51,306 nucleotides of DNA, from contig JBNKUM010000108.1 in NCBI GenBank assembly GCA_050298595.1, forward strand, positions 1 to 51,306, given 5' to 3'. Below the pieces are notes generated by a model. It was not told the origin of the DNA, made no database searches, and saw nothing but the letters and a program-made list of their open reading frames with translations. This document shows positions 25,654 through 39,566 of this stretch, one piece after another (the stretch's first letter is position 1; each line of letters opens with the position of its first letter). The stretch is from Gammaproteobacteria bacterium. Lineage in GTDB: Bacteria > Pseudomonadota > Gammaproteobacteria > GCA-001735895. Made by a program: the position numbers and the translations under genes.

Positions 25654-27474
25654 ATGAATTTGCACCCAGTAGTGGCAGAAGTAACTGCTCGAATAGAAAA
25701 GCGAAGCAGCAAGACCCGTTCAGATTATATGGATGGAATTCAACGCGCAAGCGAATCAACAGACTGGAATCGTCAGCTTGGTTGCGGCAATCTGGCGCAT
25801 GCTTTTGCGGCAAGTTGTTCCGCTGATAAAGACTCTCAAACAGGTCAGAGTGCTGGAAACCTGGCTATTATTACTGCTTATAATGACATGCTGTCCGCAC
25901 ATCAGCCTTATGCAGACTATCCCGATATGATTAAACAGGCTGCACGTGAACTTGGTGGTACCGCTCAGGTGGCAGGTGGTGTCCCCGCTATGTGTGATGG
26001 CGTGACTCAGGGGCAGCCGGGTATGGAACTGGCATTATTCTCGCGCGATGTGATTGCGCTAAGTGCTGCTATAGCACTTTCGCATAATGTCTATGACGGT
26101 GCCATCTTTCTCGGTATATGCGACAAGATCGTACCTGGGCTGGTAGTGGCTGCTGCCAGCTTTGGGCACCTGCCCTGTATATTCATGCCGGCGGGTCCGA
26201 TGCCTTCAGGTATTCCGAATAAGCAGAAAGCCAGGGTGCGCCAGAAATATGCAGCAGGTGAAGTGGGGCGTGAAGAATTATTAAAATCTGAAATGCAATC
26301 CTATCATTCACCAGGTACATGCACTTTTTACGGTACAGCAAATACCAATCAGATGTTGATGGAGATCATGGGTATGCAGTTGCCGGGTTCCAGTTTTATC
26401 AACCCAGGTACAGAACTGCGTCAGGCATTTAATATTGCCGGGGTAAAACGTCTGTTTGAAATCGGCAGCAAACAACCGCAATACACCCCGGCAGCCCAGG
26501 TACTGGATATTCCAAATTTTGTGAATGGTATTGTCGGCCTGCATGCAACGGGTGGTTCAACCAATCTGGTACTGCACCTGATGGTGATGGCACGTGCCGC
26601 AGGCATTATTCTTGATTCACAGGATTTTTCTGATCTGTCGCATGTCACTCCCTTAATGGCTCGGGTGTATCCCAATGGTATGGAAGATGTGAATGCCTTC
26701 CAGGATGCTGGTGGTATGAGGTATCTGATTGCTGAGTTACTCGAGGCTGGTATGCTGCATGAACAGGTCAGTACGGTGTTTGGTAAAGGCTTATCCGCAT
26801 ATACTCGTCAACCGAAACTGGATGATGAGGGTCGCCTGAGTTGGAATGAGGTATCGGTTCCCAGTCAAAATACTGAGGTATTAAGGCCTTTTACTGATGC
26901 TTTCCAGCCCTCAGGTGGGTTGAAGGTTTTAACTGGGAATCTAGGGAGTGCCATAATCAAGGTATCAGCATTGCCGCAACAGCGGCAGGTGATTGAGGCA
27001 CCAGCGCGGGTATTTGATTCTCAACAAGCCGTCAAAGAGGCCTTTGACGCCGGTGAGCTTGAGCAAGATTTTATCTGTGTAGTACGTTTTCAGGGGCCTA
27101 AATCTAATGGCATGCCTGAGCTGCATGGCCTGACACCAGTACTCGGTCTGCTACAGGATCGAGGGTATTCGGTAGCGCTGGTTACCGATGGCCGCATGTC
27201 GGGAGCCAGTGGTAAAATCCCGGCAGCTATTCATGTAGCTCCAGAGGCCTGCGATGGCGGCCCTATAGCCTGCATACGAGATGGTGATATGATTCGTCTG
27301 GATGCCAATGCTGAAACTTTACAGGTACTGGCAGATGACTTTTCTGAGCGAGAGCCTGTAATGATAGACCTGTCGGCCAATCAAATCGGTATGGGGCGTG
27401 AATTATTTTCTCATTTTCGCAGGGCTGCTGGTATTACCAGCGAAGGTGCAAGCGTGTTTTTTAATCAGGGGTAG
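25654..27474 (+). CDS. edd: Phosphogluconate dehydratase
   Basis: [44 protein letters not shown]. Confidence 0.96.
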   Translation: MNLHPVVAEVTARIEKRSSKTRSDYMDGIQRASESTDWNRQLGCGNLAHAFAASCSADKDSQTGQSAGNLAIITAYNDMLSAHQPYADYPDMIKQAARELGGTAQVAGGVPAMCDGVTQGQPGMELALFSRDVIALSAAIALSHNVYDGAIFLGICDKIVPGLVVAAASFGHLPCIFMPAGPMPSGIPNKQKARVRQKYAAGEVGREELLKSEMQSYHSPGTCTFYGTANTNQMLMEIMGMQLPGSSFINPGTELRQAFNIAGVKRLFEIGSKQPQYTPAAQVLDIPNFVNGIVGLHATGGSTNLVLHLMVMARAAGIILDSQDFSDLSHVTPLMARVYPNGMEDVNAFQDAGGMRYLIAELLEAGMLHEQVSTVFGKGLSAYTRQPKLDDEGRLSWNEVSVPSQNTEVLRPFTDAFQPSGGLKVLTGNLGSAIIKVSALPQQRQVIEAPARVFDSQQAVKEAFDAGELEQDFICVVRFQGPKSNGMPELHGLTPVLGLLQDRGYSVALVTDGRMSGASGKIPAAIHVAPEACDGGPIACIRDGDMIRLDANAETLQVLADDFSEREPVMIDLSANQIGMGRELFSHFRRAAGITSEGASVFFNQG

Positions 27475-27479
27475 GAACA

Positions 27480-29135
27480 GTGATTGATTTAGCAACTATC
27501 TGGAAAGAAGTTGAACAACAGGCTGAGCGTTTGCAGGATAAAACCTTACGTCAGTTGTTTGCTGAAAATACTTCCCGCTTTGACGATTTCTCGTTACAAC
27601 TTGATGACATACTGATCGATTACTCGAAAGAAAGAATCGACCAGCATGCGCTCAGGTCATTATTGGCACTGGCTCGAAGTGCAGGCGTTGAAGCCTACCG
27701 CGAGTGGATGTTTACGGGTGTAAAAATCAATAACACTGAGGGCCGTGCCGTTTTGCATAGCGCGCTACGTGATAGCAGTGATACACCACTGATACTGGAT
27801 AATCGAGACATCAAGCCCGAAGTGCATGGCGTGCTGGATAAGTTTCTCACCTTTGCCGATGCTGTGCGCTCTGGCAAATATACAACCGTCGATGGCAAGC
27901 CATTTACCGATGTGGTGAGCATAGGTATCGGTGGTTCTGATCTGGGTCCTGCGATGGTGACATCGGCATTGGCGCCCTGGCATGATGGGCCGCGCGTACA
28001 TTTTGTTTCTAACGTGGATGGAGCGCATCTGTTCGATACGCTGGCTAAACTGGATGCACGCAGCACGCTACTGATTGTTGCATCCAAAACTTTTACCACT
28101 CTGGAAACCATGACCAATGCGCAAAGCGCACGTGACTGGTTGGCACAGAGTCTGGACGAGAATCAGACCGGTACACATATTGCTGCAGTGTCCACCAACC
28201 TCGAAGCAACCCAGGCCTTTGGTATTGATGACTCACGCGTATTCGGTTTCTGGGATTGGGTGGGCGGGCGTTATTCAGTATGGTCGGCAATTGGCCTGCC
28301 GGTAGCTATAGCCATCGGTGGAGAAGGTTTCCGGGATTTTCTGTCGGGTGCAGAGACCATGGATAAGCATTTTCGTGATGCACCTTTAGAAAAAAATCTG
28401 CCTGTGATGCTGGCGCTTATAGGTATCTGGCGACGCAATTTACTGGGCATGTCTTCGGTGGCTTTGATTCCTTACGATCAGCGTCTGGCACGCTTTGCAG
28501 CATTTATTCAACAACTGGATATGGAGTCAAATGGCAAACAGACACGCCGAGAAGGACAGGGTATCCAGCATGCGACCGGCCCGGTGATCTGGGGTGAAGC
28601 GGGTACCAACGCGCAACATTCATTCTTTCAATTATTGCACCAGGGCAGTGATGTAATACCTGTGGATTTTTTAATCGCCGCCGAGCCTGCTCACTGTGAT
28701 GATCCTGAGCATGCTTTAAATAAGCACCATGATTTGCTAGTGGCGAATGCTTTGGCGCAGGCTAGTGCGTTAGCATTTGGGCGTACAGAACAGGAAGCCC
28801 GTCAGGACATGCAGCAGTCTGGTCTGGCGCAGCAAGATATCGACCGTTTAGCAAGCCATAAAACCTTTGCAGGTAATCGTCCCTCCACCATGATCAGTTA
28901 TCGTAGTCTGGATCCATTCACTCTGGGCCGCCTGATTTCACTGTATGAACACAAGGTTTTTGTTCAAGGTGTGATCTGGGGCATTAATTCTTTTGACCAA
29001 TGGGGTGTAGAGTTAGGTAAGGTGCTGGCGAGTTCAATTGCACCAGCGGTCAGCTCTGCGAAGCATCAGGGTAGTTTCGATTCATCGACTACGGGGCTTT
29101 TAAATCATATTCATGCTTTACGTAAACAGGATTAA
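27480..29135 (+). CDS. pgi: Glucose-6-phosphate isomerase
   Basis: GIGGSDLGP, SKTFTT, DWVGGRYS, DMESNGK, FDQWGVELGK. Confidence 0.96.
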   Translation: MIDLATIWKEVEQQAERLQDKTLRQLFAENTSRFDDFSLQLDDILIDYSKERIDQHALRSLLALARSAGVEAYREWMFTGVKINNTEGRAVLHSALRDSSDTPLILDNRDIKPEVHGVLDKFLTFADAVRSGKYTTVDGKPFTDVVSIGIGGSDLGPAMVTSALAPWHDGPRVHFVSNVDGAHLFDTLAKLDARSTLLIVASKTFTTLETMTNAQSARDWLAQSLDENQTGTHIAAVSTNLEATQAFGIDDSRVFGFWDWVGGRYSVWSAIGLPVAIAIGGEGFRDFLSGAETMDKHFRDAPLEKNLPVMLALIGIWRRNLLGMSSVALIPYDQRLARFAAFIQQLDMESNGKQTRREGQGIQHATGPVIWGEAGTNAQHSFFQLLHQGSDVIPVDFLIAAEPAHCDDPEHALNKHHDLLVANALAQASALAFGRTEQEARQDMQQSGLAQQDIDRLASHKTFAGNRPSTMISYRSLDPFTLGRLISLYEHKVFVQGVIWGINSFDQWGVELGKVLASSIAPAVSSAKHQGSFDSSTTGLLNHIHALRKQD

Positions 29136-29138
29136 GCA

Positions 29139-29759
29139 ATGAAATCAGCCAGAGAGATTTGCACCATGGTGCCGGTTATTCCGGTACTGGTGATCGAACA
29201 ACTGGAGACAGCCCGGCCATTGGCTCAGGCACTGATTCAGGGTGGACTACTGGTACTCGAAGTCACTCTGCGCACTTCGGTGGCACTGGATGCCATTAAG
29301 GCAATGGCCGAGGTGCCTGGCGCAGTAGTGGGTGCTGGTACTGTGTTGACGAAACAGGATTTACTGGCGGCCAAACAGGCCGGTGCTGTTTTTGCCGTTG
29401 CGCCAGGAGCCACCGATGCCTTGCTGCAGGCTGCTGAAGATGAGCAATTCCCATTATTACCCGGTGCTGCTACCGCCAGTGAGGTGATGCGTTTAATGGA
29501 GCGAGGATACGATACACTGAAATTTTTCCCTGCAGAAGCGGCCGGAGGGGTTAAAATGCTTAAATCTCTGGCTGGGCCATTACCTCAGGTGTCGTTTTGT
29601 CCTACTGGTGGGGTAAGTCCACAGAATGTGGGTGAATACCTTTCTCTAAGCAATGTGTTGTGTGTGGGTGGCACATGGATAACGCCATTAGATAAAATTA
29701 ACTCGGGTGACTGGGCTGGGATTCAACAACTGGCTCAACAGGCTTCACAGGTAAAATAA
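29139..29759 (+). CDS. eda: KDPG/KHG aldolase
   Basis: EVTLRT, GAGTV, KFFPAE, FCPTGGV. Confidence 0.95.
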   Translation: MKSAREICTMVPVIPVLVIEQLETARPLAQALIQGGLLVLEVTLRTSVALDAIKAMAEVPGAVVGAGTVLTKQDLLAAKQAGAVFAVAPGATDALLQAAEDEQFPLLPGAATASEVMRLMERGYDTLKFFPAEAAGGVKMLKSLAGPLPQVSFCPTGGVSPQNVGEYLSLSNVLCVGGTWITPLDKINSGDWAGIQQLAQQASQVK

Positions 29760-29761
29760 TT

Positions 29762-31963
29762 TTGACCCATATAAACCAACAGGACATTCAGGCACTGATC
29801 AAAGGAGATTATGACGATGTCTTCTCGATCCTTGGTATGCATGAAACAAAAAAACCACAGGCTCTCGTAGTACGAGCATTTCTGCCGGGTGCTGAGTCGG
29901 TAGAAGTGATTGCCTGCGAGGATGAAAGCGTCGTCGCGCCACTAGAAAAGCTGGATGATAATGGACTTTTTGCCGGTAGTATGGGCGAAAAGCGTCAGCG
30001 ATTCGACTATCGCCTACGTGTGCATTATCCGTTCTTAACTAAAGATATTGAAGATCCCTATCGCTTCCCCTCTCAATTAAGTGCGGATGATATTTACCTT
30101 TTTGGTGAGGGCACACAGGAACGCCTGTATCGCTGGATGGGTGCGCATGCTCGCGTGGTAGATGGTATTAGCGGCATGATGTTTGTGGTATGGGCACCAT
30201 CAGCTAAACGTGTATCACTGGTTGGTGATTTTAATCAGTGGGATGGTCGTCGACATGTAATGCGTAAACACCCTGCCTCAGGTCTATGGGACATCTTTAT
30301 ACCAGGAATGGGTGAAGGAGCATTATACAAGTTTGAAATTCGTGCTGGTGATGGCACCCTGTTACCACTTAAAGCCGATCCTTACGCATATGCTACCGCT
30401 CATGCGCAGGAAACTGCCTGTAAAACCACACGTGACTATGGCTATGAATGGAATGATCATGGCTGGATGTCGGCGCGTAAGCAATTTGATCCTTACCATA
30501 GTGCTATATCAATCTATGAAGTACATGCTGGTTCCTGGCGGCGTAATCCAGATCAGGGTAATCGTTATCTGAGCTACCGTGAGATGGCACAGGAACTGGT
30601 GCCTTATGTGGTAGATATGGGGTTTACCCATATCCAGTTTATGCCGTTATCTGAGTTTCCTTTCGATGGCTCCTGGGGCTATCAGCCGATAGGCATGTTT
30701 GCACCCACCAGTCGTTTTGGTTCGCCGGATGATTTCAAATATTTTATTGACTGTTGTCATCAGAATGGTATCGGTGTGTTGCTCGACTGGGTGCCGGGAC
30801 ATTTTCCGACCGATGAACATGGCCTGGGTCGCTTCGATGGCACGGCGCTATATGAACATCAGGATAAACGTCAGGGTTACCACCCCGACTGGAATACCCT
30901 GATTTATAACTATGGCCGACGTGAAGTAGTCAGTTATCTGTTGAGCAATGCCATGTACTGGCTGGATGTATTTCATATTGATGGTTTAAGGGTGGATGCT
31001 GTAGCTTCCATGCTGTATCTGGATTACAGTCGTAAAGAAGGGGAGTGGCTACCGAATAAATATGGTGGTCGCGAGAATCTGGATGCGATTGAATTACTCA
31101 GACAGGTGAATAGCCGAGTTTATTTCAACTATCCCGGCGTGATGATGATTGCTGAAGAATCAACCGCCTTTCCGGGGGTTTCCAAACCAGTGGTAGATGG
31201 TGGACTGGGTTTTGGTTTTAAATGGAATATGGGCTGGATGAACGATACCCTGCGCTATATCGAGCGCGATCCTATACATCGTCAATACCATCATAATGAA
31301 ATGACCTTTAGTCTGATGTATGCCTTCAGCGAAAATTTTATACTACCCATCAGTCATGATGAAGTGGTGCACGGCAAGGGCTCGTTAATCAATAAAATGC
31401 CCGGTGATGAATGGCAGCAGTTTGCCAATCTGCGTGCTTATCTGGCGTATATGTGGACGCACCCCGGTAAAAAGCTGTTCTTTATGGGGGGCGAGTTTGC
31501 GCAACGTCAGGAATGGAATCACAATTACAGTCTTGAATGGCATCTGTTGCAATATCCTTACCACAGCGGTGTGCAAAAACTGGTACGAGATATCAATCAT
31601 CTTTACCAGCAGCTGCCTGCTTTGCATCAACTGGACTGCGATGGCAATGGTTTTGAATGGCTGGATGTGGAAAACAGTCAGCATTCGATCCTGGCTTTTC
31701 TGCGACGTGGTAAACCAGGATGCGCGCCAGCTCTGGTAGTGGTTAATTTTACTCCGACCCCGCATTTAGCCTATCAGGTAGGTGTGCCTCAGGGCGGTTT
31801 TTATCAGGAACGTTTGAATACCGATTCTGAAAATTATGGTGGATCAAATATGGGCAATGGTAGCGGTGTTGAGGCGGTGCAGGGTGAGTTTAGAAATCAG
31901 CCTTACCATTTGAATCTGGTACTACCCCCTCTGGCAGTACTGGTCTTTGAGGCGAGCGTATGA
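29762..31963 (+). CDS. glgB: 1,4-alpha-glucan branching enzyme
   Basis: TTG start 2 nt after eda; SWGYQP, DWVPGHF, GLRVDAVASM, AEES, SHDEVVHGK. Confidence 0.95.
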   Translation: MTHINQQDIQALIKGDYDDVFSILGMHETKKPQALVVRAFLPGAESVEVIACEDESVVAPLEKLDDNGLFAGSMGEKRQRFDYRLRVHYPFLTKDIEDPYRFPSQLSADDIYLFGEGTQERLYRWMGAHARVVDGISGMMFVVWAPSAKRVSLVGDFNQWDGRRHVMRKHPASGLWDIFIPGMGEGALYKFEIRAGDGTLLPLKADPYAYATAHAQETACKTTRDYGYEWNDHGWMSARKQFDPYHSAISIYEVHAGSWRRNPDQGNRYLSYREMAQELVPYVVDMGFTHIQFMPLSEFPFDGSWGYQPIGMFAPTSRFGSPDDFKYFIDCCHQNGIGVLLDWVPGHFPTDEHGLGRFDGTALYEHQDKRQGYHPDWNTLIYNYGRREVVSYLLSNAMYWLDVFHIDGLRVDAVASMLYLDYSRKEGEWLPNKYGGRENLDAIELLRQVNSRVYFNYPGVMMIAEESTAFPGVSKPVVDGGLGFGFKWNMGWMNDTLRYIERDPIHRQYHHNEMTFSLMYAFSENFILPISHDEVVHGKGSLINKMPGDEWQQFANLRAYLAYMWTHPGKKLFFMGGEFAQRQEWNHNYSLEWHLLQYPYHSGVQKLVRDINHLYQQLPALHQLDCDGNGFEWLDVENSQHSILAFLRRGKPGCAPALVVVNFTPTPHLAYQVGVPQGGFYQERLNTDSENYGGSNMGNGSGVEAVQGEFRNQPYHLNLVLPPLAVLVFEASV

Positions 31964-34092
31964 GTAAATCCCAACAAATGCTGGCAGGCGAAAGTTATCC
32001 TCTAGGTGCTAGCTGGGATGGAGAAGGGGTAAACTTTGCGCTATTTTCAGTGCATGCAGAGCGGGTCGAGCTATGCCTGTTCGATGCCGAGGGAGTGCGT
32101 GAAGTCGCTCGCTATGAGTTACCAGAAAAAACTCATGACGTATGGCATGGTTACTTGCCGCGCGCGTCTGTCGGAACGGTTTATGGTTACCGGGTCTATG
32201 GCCCGTTTGACCCGCTTTCAGGACATCGATTCAACCATCATAAATTATTGCTTGATCCTTATGCGCGTCAGCTGCAGGGCAGATTTGTCTGGGATCAGAG
32301 TCATTTTGCCTATATGCCTGGTGGGGTAGATGAGGATTTAACCTTTGATACGCGCGACAATGCCAGGTATATGTATAAGGGTGTAGTGACATCATTGTTG
32401 GCCCCATCATCCATAGCCAGGCCCAGTATTCCCTGGCACCAGACTACCATCTACGAAACCCACCTACGTGGATTTACGCGCCTGCACCCAGACGTAGTCG
32501 AATCTCAGCGAGGTTGTTTTTCTGCGCTGAGTGACGACAAGGTCATTGATTATATCAAGGCGTTAGGAATTACTACGATTGAGTTATTACCGGTACATGC
32601 TTTTCTCGATGAACAGCATTTGTACACCAAGGGACTGAGTAACTACTGGGGCTATAACACCTTAAGTTATTTTGCCCAGCACCCCGCTTATCAGCGTGCA
32701 CATGGAGTACTGGAATTCCGTCATATGGTCGAACGCCTGCACGATGCAGGGCTAGAAGTGATTCTGGACGTGGTTTATAACCACACTGCTGAAGGTAATG
32801 GTCGTGGCCCGACGCTCAGTTTTCGTGGTATCGATAATCTGTCTTATTACCGGCTACAGGCGGGACAGGCGCGTTATTACGATAACGATACCGGCTGTGG
32901 CAATACTGTGGATCTGAGTCATCCGCGCGTCATGCAATTAGTCATGGACAGTCTGCGCTACTGGTCTGGCGAAATGGGCGTTGATGGTTTCCGTTTTGAC
33001 CTGGCGACTGTACTGGGGCGTGAGGAGAAAGGCTATAATCGTCAAGCGAGTTTTTTTCAGGCACTGGCACAGGATCCGCAGTTATCGCACACAAAGTTGA
33101 TTGCGGAACCCTGGGATATTGGCCCGGGTGGTTATCAACTGGGTAATTTTCCCGGTGGCTGGAGTGAGTGGAACGATAATTATCGCGATACCGTACGCCG
33201 CTTCTGGCGTCGAGAACCCGGCATCCTGCCTACCTTTGCTCGCCGTCTGCATGGCTCCAGTGATATCTTTGAATTTTCCGGGCGTAAACCACGTGCCAGT
33301 ATTAACTACATCACCAGTCATGATGGATTCACATTACGCGATCTAGTGAGTTATAAAACCCGACATAACGAAGCCAATGCTGAAAATAATAATGATGGCC
33401 ACCGCGAAAATCTGAGTGAGAATTTCGGTGTTGAAGGTGAGTCTAATAACCCTGCAGTTGAAATATTACGACGACGTCAGCAACGCAATTTTCTGGCTAC
33501 GCTGATGGTGTCGCAGGGTGTGCCCATGTTGCAGGCGGGTGATGAAAGGAACCGTACTCAAAGAGGCAATAATAATGCCTACTGTCAGGATAACCTGATT
33601 AGCTGGATCGATTGGTCGAATGATGATCCCTGGAACGAACAATTGACCCACTACGTCGCGCATTTATTTAAAATTCGACGTGATTATCCGATGCTCAGCG
33701 CACGTAACTATATTCATCAGCCTCTTGGAGCTGTGAAAACCAGCATTATGTGGGTGAATAGTGATGGTCAGGAAATGAACGAAAAACACTGGCAGGAACA
33801 CCACAGTTTTGTGCTTGGTTATATGGTATCCGCTGCTGACGAACTCACCCAGAAACATATACTGGTGATATTTAATAACTCTAACGAAGAACAGGATTTT
33901 AGTTTACCTATTTGTGACACTGTTCAGCACTGGACCTGGTTGCTGAATAGCGCACTGGAAAGCGGAATACCTGAGTTTACTCAGGTGCCATGTAAAAAAC
34001 CGGTGAAGATTGCTGAGCGTAGTGTTGCAATTCTTTGTACCGATAGCCTGAGAAGCGCTATTACTGATGAAAAACAAAATGAAATTAGATAA
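31960..34092 (+). CDS. glgX: Glycogen debranching enzyme
   Basis: YPLGA, NYWGY, DVVYNHTAE, DGFRFDLA, AEPWD, HDGFTLRD, NNAYCQDN. Confidence 0.95.
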   Translation: MSKSQQMLAGESYPLGASWDGEGVNFALFSVHAERVELCLFDAEGVREVARYELPEKTHDVWHGYLPRASVGTVYGYRVYGPFDPLSGHRFNHHKLLLDPYARQLQGRFVWDQSHFAYMPGGVDEDLTFDTRDNARYMYKGVVTSLLAPSSIARPSIPWHQTTIYETHLRGFTRLHPDVVESQRGCFSALSDDKVIDYIKALGITTIELLPVHAFLDEQHLYTKGLSNYWGYNTLSYFAQHPAYQRAHGVLEFRHMVERLHDAGLEVILDVVYNHTAEGNGRGPTLSFRGIDNLSYYRLQAGQARYYDNDTGCGNTVDLSHPRVMQLVMDSLRYWSGEMGVDGFRFDLATVLGREEKGYNRQASFFQALAQDPQLSHTKLIAEPWDIGPGGYQLGNFPGGWSEWNDNYRDTVRRFWRREPGILPTFARRLHGSSDIFEFSGRKPRASINYITSHDGFTLRDLVSYKTRHNEANAENNNDGHRENLSENFGVEGESNNPAVEILRRRQQRNFLATLMVSQGVPMLQAGDERNRTQRGNNNAYCQDNLISWIDWSNDDPWNEQLTHYVAHLFKIRRDYPMLSARNYIHQPLGAVKTSIMWVNSDGQEMNEKHWQEHHSFVLGYMVSAADELTQKHILVIFNNSNEEQDFSLPICDTVQHWTWLLNSALESGIPEFTQVPCKKPVKIAERSVAILCTDSLRSAITDEKQNEIR

Positions 34093-36538
34093 AGAAGCGT
34101 CACAATCTGTTCCTTATCTTGAAATGGGGGCTAAGTCGGTAACTGAGGATCTGGATCGTCATTTTCGCCTTACACTGGGGCATGATGAAATGGGTGATTC
34201 TCATTATTATCTTTTTAATGCGCTGGCATTAACGGTGAGAGATCGAATGGTAGAGCGCTGGCGTACAACCCGGCAACAATGTGCCCAATCCCAGTGTAAA
34301 AGAATTCAATATCTGTCACTGGAATTTCTTATGGGGCGAACCCTGAGAAATGCACTATTGAATCTGGATATGGAAGAGTCGGTACGTACAGCACTTAACC
34401 AGTATGGCTGTACACTGGAAGAGGTGGTTTCTGAAGAGCATGATGCAGGTCTGGGTAATGGCGGCCTGGGCCGCTTGGCAGCCTGCTTTCTGGATAGTTG
34501 TGCAACCTTAAAACTTCCGGTAACCGGTTATGGTATTCGTTATGAGTATGGCATGTTTCATCAGAAGATAGTTGATGGACAACAGGTCGAATCCCCTGAT
34601 CACTGGTTGCAAAATGGTCATCCCTGGGAAATTGAATGTCCTGAAAATATTCAGCGAGTTCATTTCTTTGGGCATACCGAATTCTTTACTGACAATGAAG
34701 GGCGCGAGCATGCGCGTTGGGCAGAAACACACGATGTTTTAGCCGTTCCTTTTGATGTCCCGATTCCAGGCTACAGGAATGATACAGTGAACACCCTGCG
34801 CCTGTGGAAGTCTGAAGCTACCGATGAGTTTGATCTGGATGAATTTAACGCGGGCAGTTATACAGATGCTGTCGCTGCAAAGAATCTGGCTGAACAGATC
34901 ACTATGGTACTTTATCCAAATGATGCCAGTGAAAACGGCAAAGAACTGCGTTTACGTCAGCAGTATTTCCTCGCTTCTGCCAGTTTACAGGATGTGATTC
35001 AGTACTGGGTTAAAATCTATGGAAATGACTTTAGTCAGTTTGCAGAAAAGAATGGTTTTCAGTTGAACGATACCCACCCGACTATTGCTGTTGCCGAGTT
35101 GATGCGGCTGCTGATGGACGAACATAAACTGGAATGGGGTGAGGCCTGGGAGATTACCACCCAAACCATGGCTTACACCAATCATACGCTGCTGCCTGAA
35201 GCTTTGGAGCGTTGGTCAGTAGCTTTGTTCAAAAATCTGTTACCTCGCCTGCTTGAAATCATCTATGAAATAAATGCGCGCTTTTTGGCTGAAGTAGCAG
35301 CCCATTGGCCAGGCGATATTAACCGTCAGCGTCAGCTTTCTATTATTGAAGAAGGTGATTATCCGCAGGTACGTATGGCTTACCTGGCTATTGTCGGTAG
35401 TTCATCTGTAAATGGGGTCGCAGCGTTACATACGCAGTTGTTGCAGGAGGGTTTGTTTAATGATTTTTACTATCTTTGGCCGCACAAATTTAACAATAAG
35501 ACCAATGGAGTGACACCCAGGCGCTGGTTGGCCCATTGTAATCATGGATTAACCGAGCTGGTATCAGGCAAGCTGGGAAGTCACTGGATTACTGAATTTG
35601 ATGAAATCCAAAATATTGCCAGTTTTGCAGATGATGCAGATTTTCGTTCTTCCTGGCAGCAGGTTAAACATAACAACAAGATTCGTTTGGCAGAATTGGT
35701 AAAGCAGGATTGCGACGTAGAATTCGATCCATCGATGATGTTCGATGTTCAGGTAAAACGCATTCATGAGTACAAACGTCAGTTGTTGAATGTGCTGCAT
35801 GTTATTTATTTGTATGACCGGATTTTACGTGGTGATACTGAGGGTCTTCAGCCCCGTTGTGTGCTAATAGGTGGCAAGGCCGCTCCTGGTTACGCGATGG
35901 CAAAATTGATTATTAAATTGATCAATAATGTGGCCAAAGTGATCAATCGAGATGAACGACTAAAGCCCTGGCTACGTGTTGCGTTTGTGCCAAATTACCG
36001 CGTCACTACTATGGAGGTTATCTGTCCCGGTACTGACTTATCTGAACAGGTTTCTACTGCAGGTAAAGAAGCCTCGGGTACTGGGAATATGAAGTTCATG
36101 ATGAATGGGGCGGTTACCATCGGAACTCTGGATGGTGCCAACATCGAAATACGTGAAGCTGTTGGCGAAGAAAACTTCTTTTTATTCGGACTTGATGCGC
36201 ATCAGGTTGAAGAGACTCGAAAGAGCTATGACCCAGATAGCATTATCGCTAATGATGAAGACTTGATGCGTGTCATGCATTTGCTTGAGGTTGGGCATTT
36301 CAGTATGTTTGAAGAGGGTATTTTTGCTGACGTGATTGCATCCATACGCAGTCCATACGATGCCTGGATGACAGCGGCTGATTTTCGTAGCTATATCGAT
36401 GCTCAACAAGCAGTGGATGCAGCTTATCAGAATACTGATCAGTGGACGCGAATGAGCATCCTCAATACTGCCGCAAGTGCGCGTTTTTCCAGCGACAGGA
36501 CCATAAAAGAATATAGTGAGGACATCTGGCATTTGTAA
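34067..36538 (+). CDS. glgP: Glycogen/maltodextrin phosphorylase
   Basis: LGNGGLGRLAAC, NDTHP, KRIHEYKRQ, EASGTGNMK (PLP lysine). Confidence 0.95.
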   Translation: MKNKMKLDKEASQSVPYLEMGAKSVTEDLDRHFRLTLGHDEMGDSHYYLFNALALTVRDRMVERWRTTRQQCAQSQCKRIQYLSLEFLMGRTLRNALLNLDMEESVRTALNQYGCTLEEVVSEEHDAGLGNGGLGRLAACFLDSCATLKLPVTGYGIRYEYGMFHQKIVDGQQVESPDHWLQNGHPWEIECPENIQRVHFFGHTEFFTDNEGREHARWAETHDVLAVPFDVPIPGYRNDTVNTLRLWKSEATDEFDLDEFNAGSYTDAVAAKNLAEQITMVLYPNDASENGKELRLRQQYFLASASLQDVIQYWVKIYGNDFSQFAEKNGFQLNDTHPTIAVAELMRLLMDEHKLEWGEAWEITTQTMAYTNHTLLPEALERWSVALFKNLLPRLLEIIYEINARFLAEVAAHWPGDINRQRQLSIIEEGDYPQVRMAYLAIVGSSSVNGVAALHTQLLQEGLFNDFYYLWPHKFNNKTNGVTPRRWLAHCNHGLTELVSGKLGSHWITEFDEIQNIASFADDADFRSSWQQVKHNNKIRLAELVKQDCDVEFDPSMMFDVQVKRIHEYKRQLLNVLHVIYLYDRILRGDTEGLQPRCVLIGGKAAPGYAMAKLIIKLINNVAKVINRDERLKPWLRVAFVPNYRVTTMEVICPGTDLSEQVSTAGKEASGTGNMKFMMNGAVTIGTLDGANIEIREAVGEENFFLFGLDAHQVEETRKSYDPDSIIANDEDLMRVMHLLEVGHFSMFEEGIFADVIASIRSPYDAWMTAADFRSYIDAQQAVDAAYQNTDQWTRMSILNTAASARFSSDRTIKEYSEDIWHL

Positions 36539-36600
36539 CATTTGACTAGAGTCTGGCGATACATAAGTAGATTACATAAGCAATATCATGTGGAGGGAGT

Positions 36601-39550
<2,950 letters not shown>

Positions 39551-39566
39551 GAAAGCTGAGTAATTT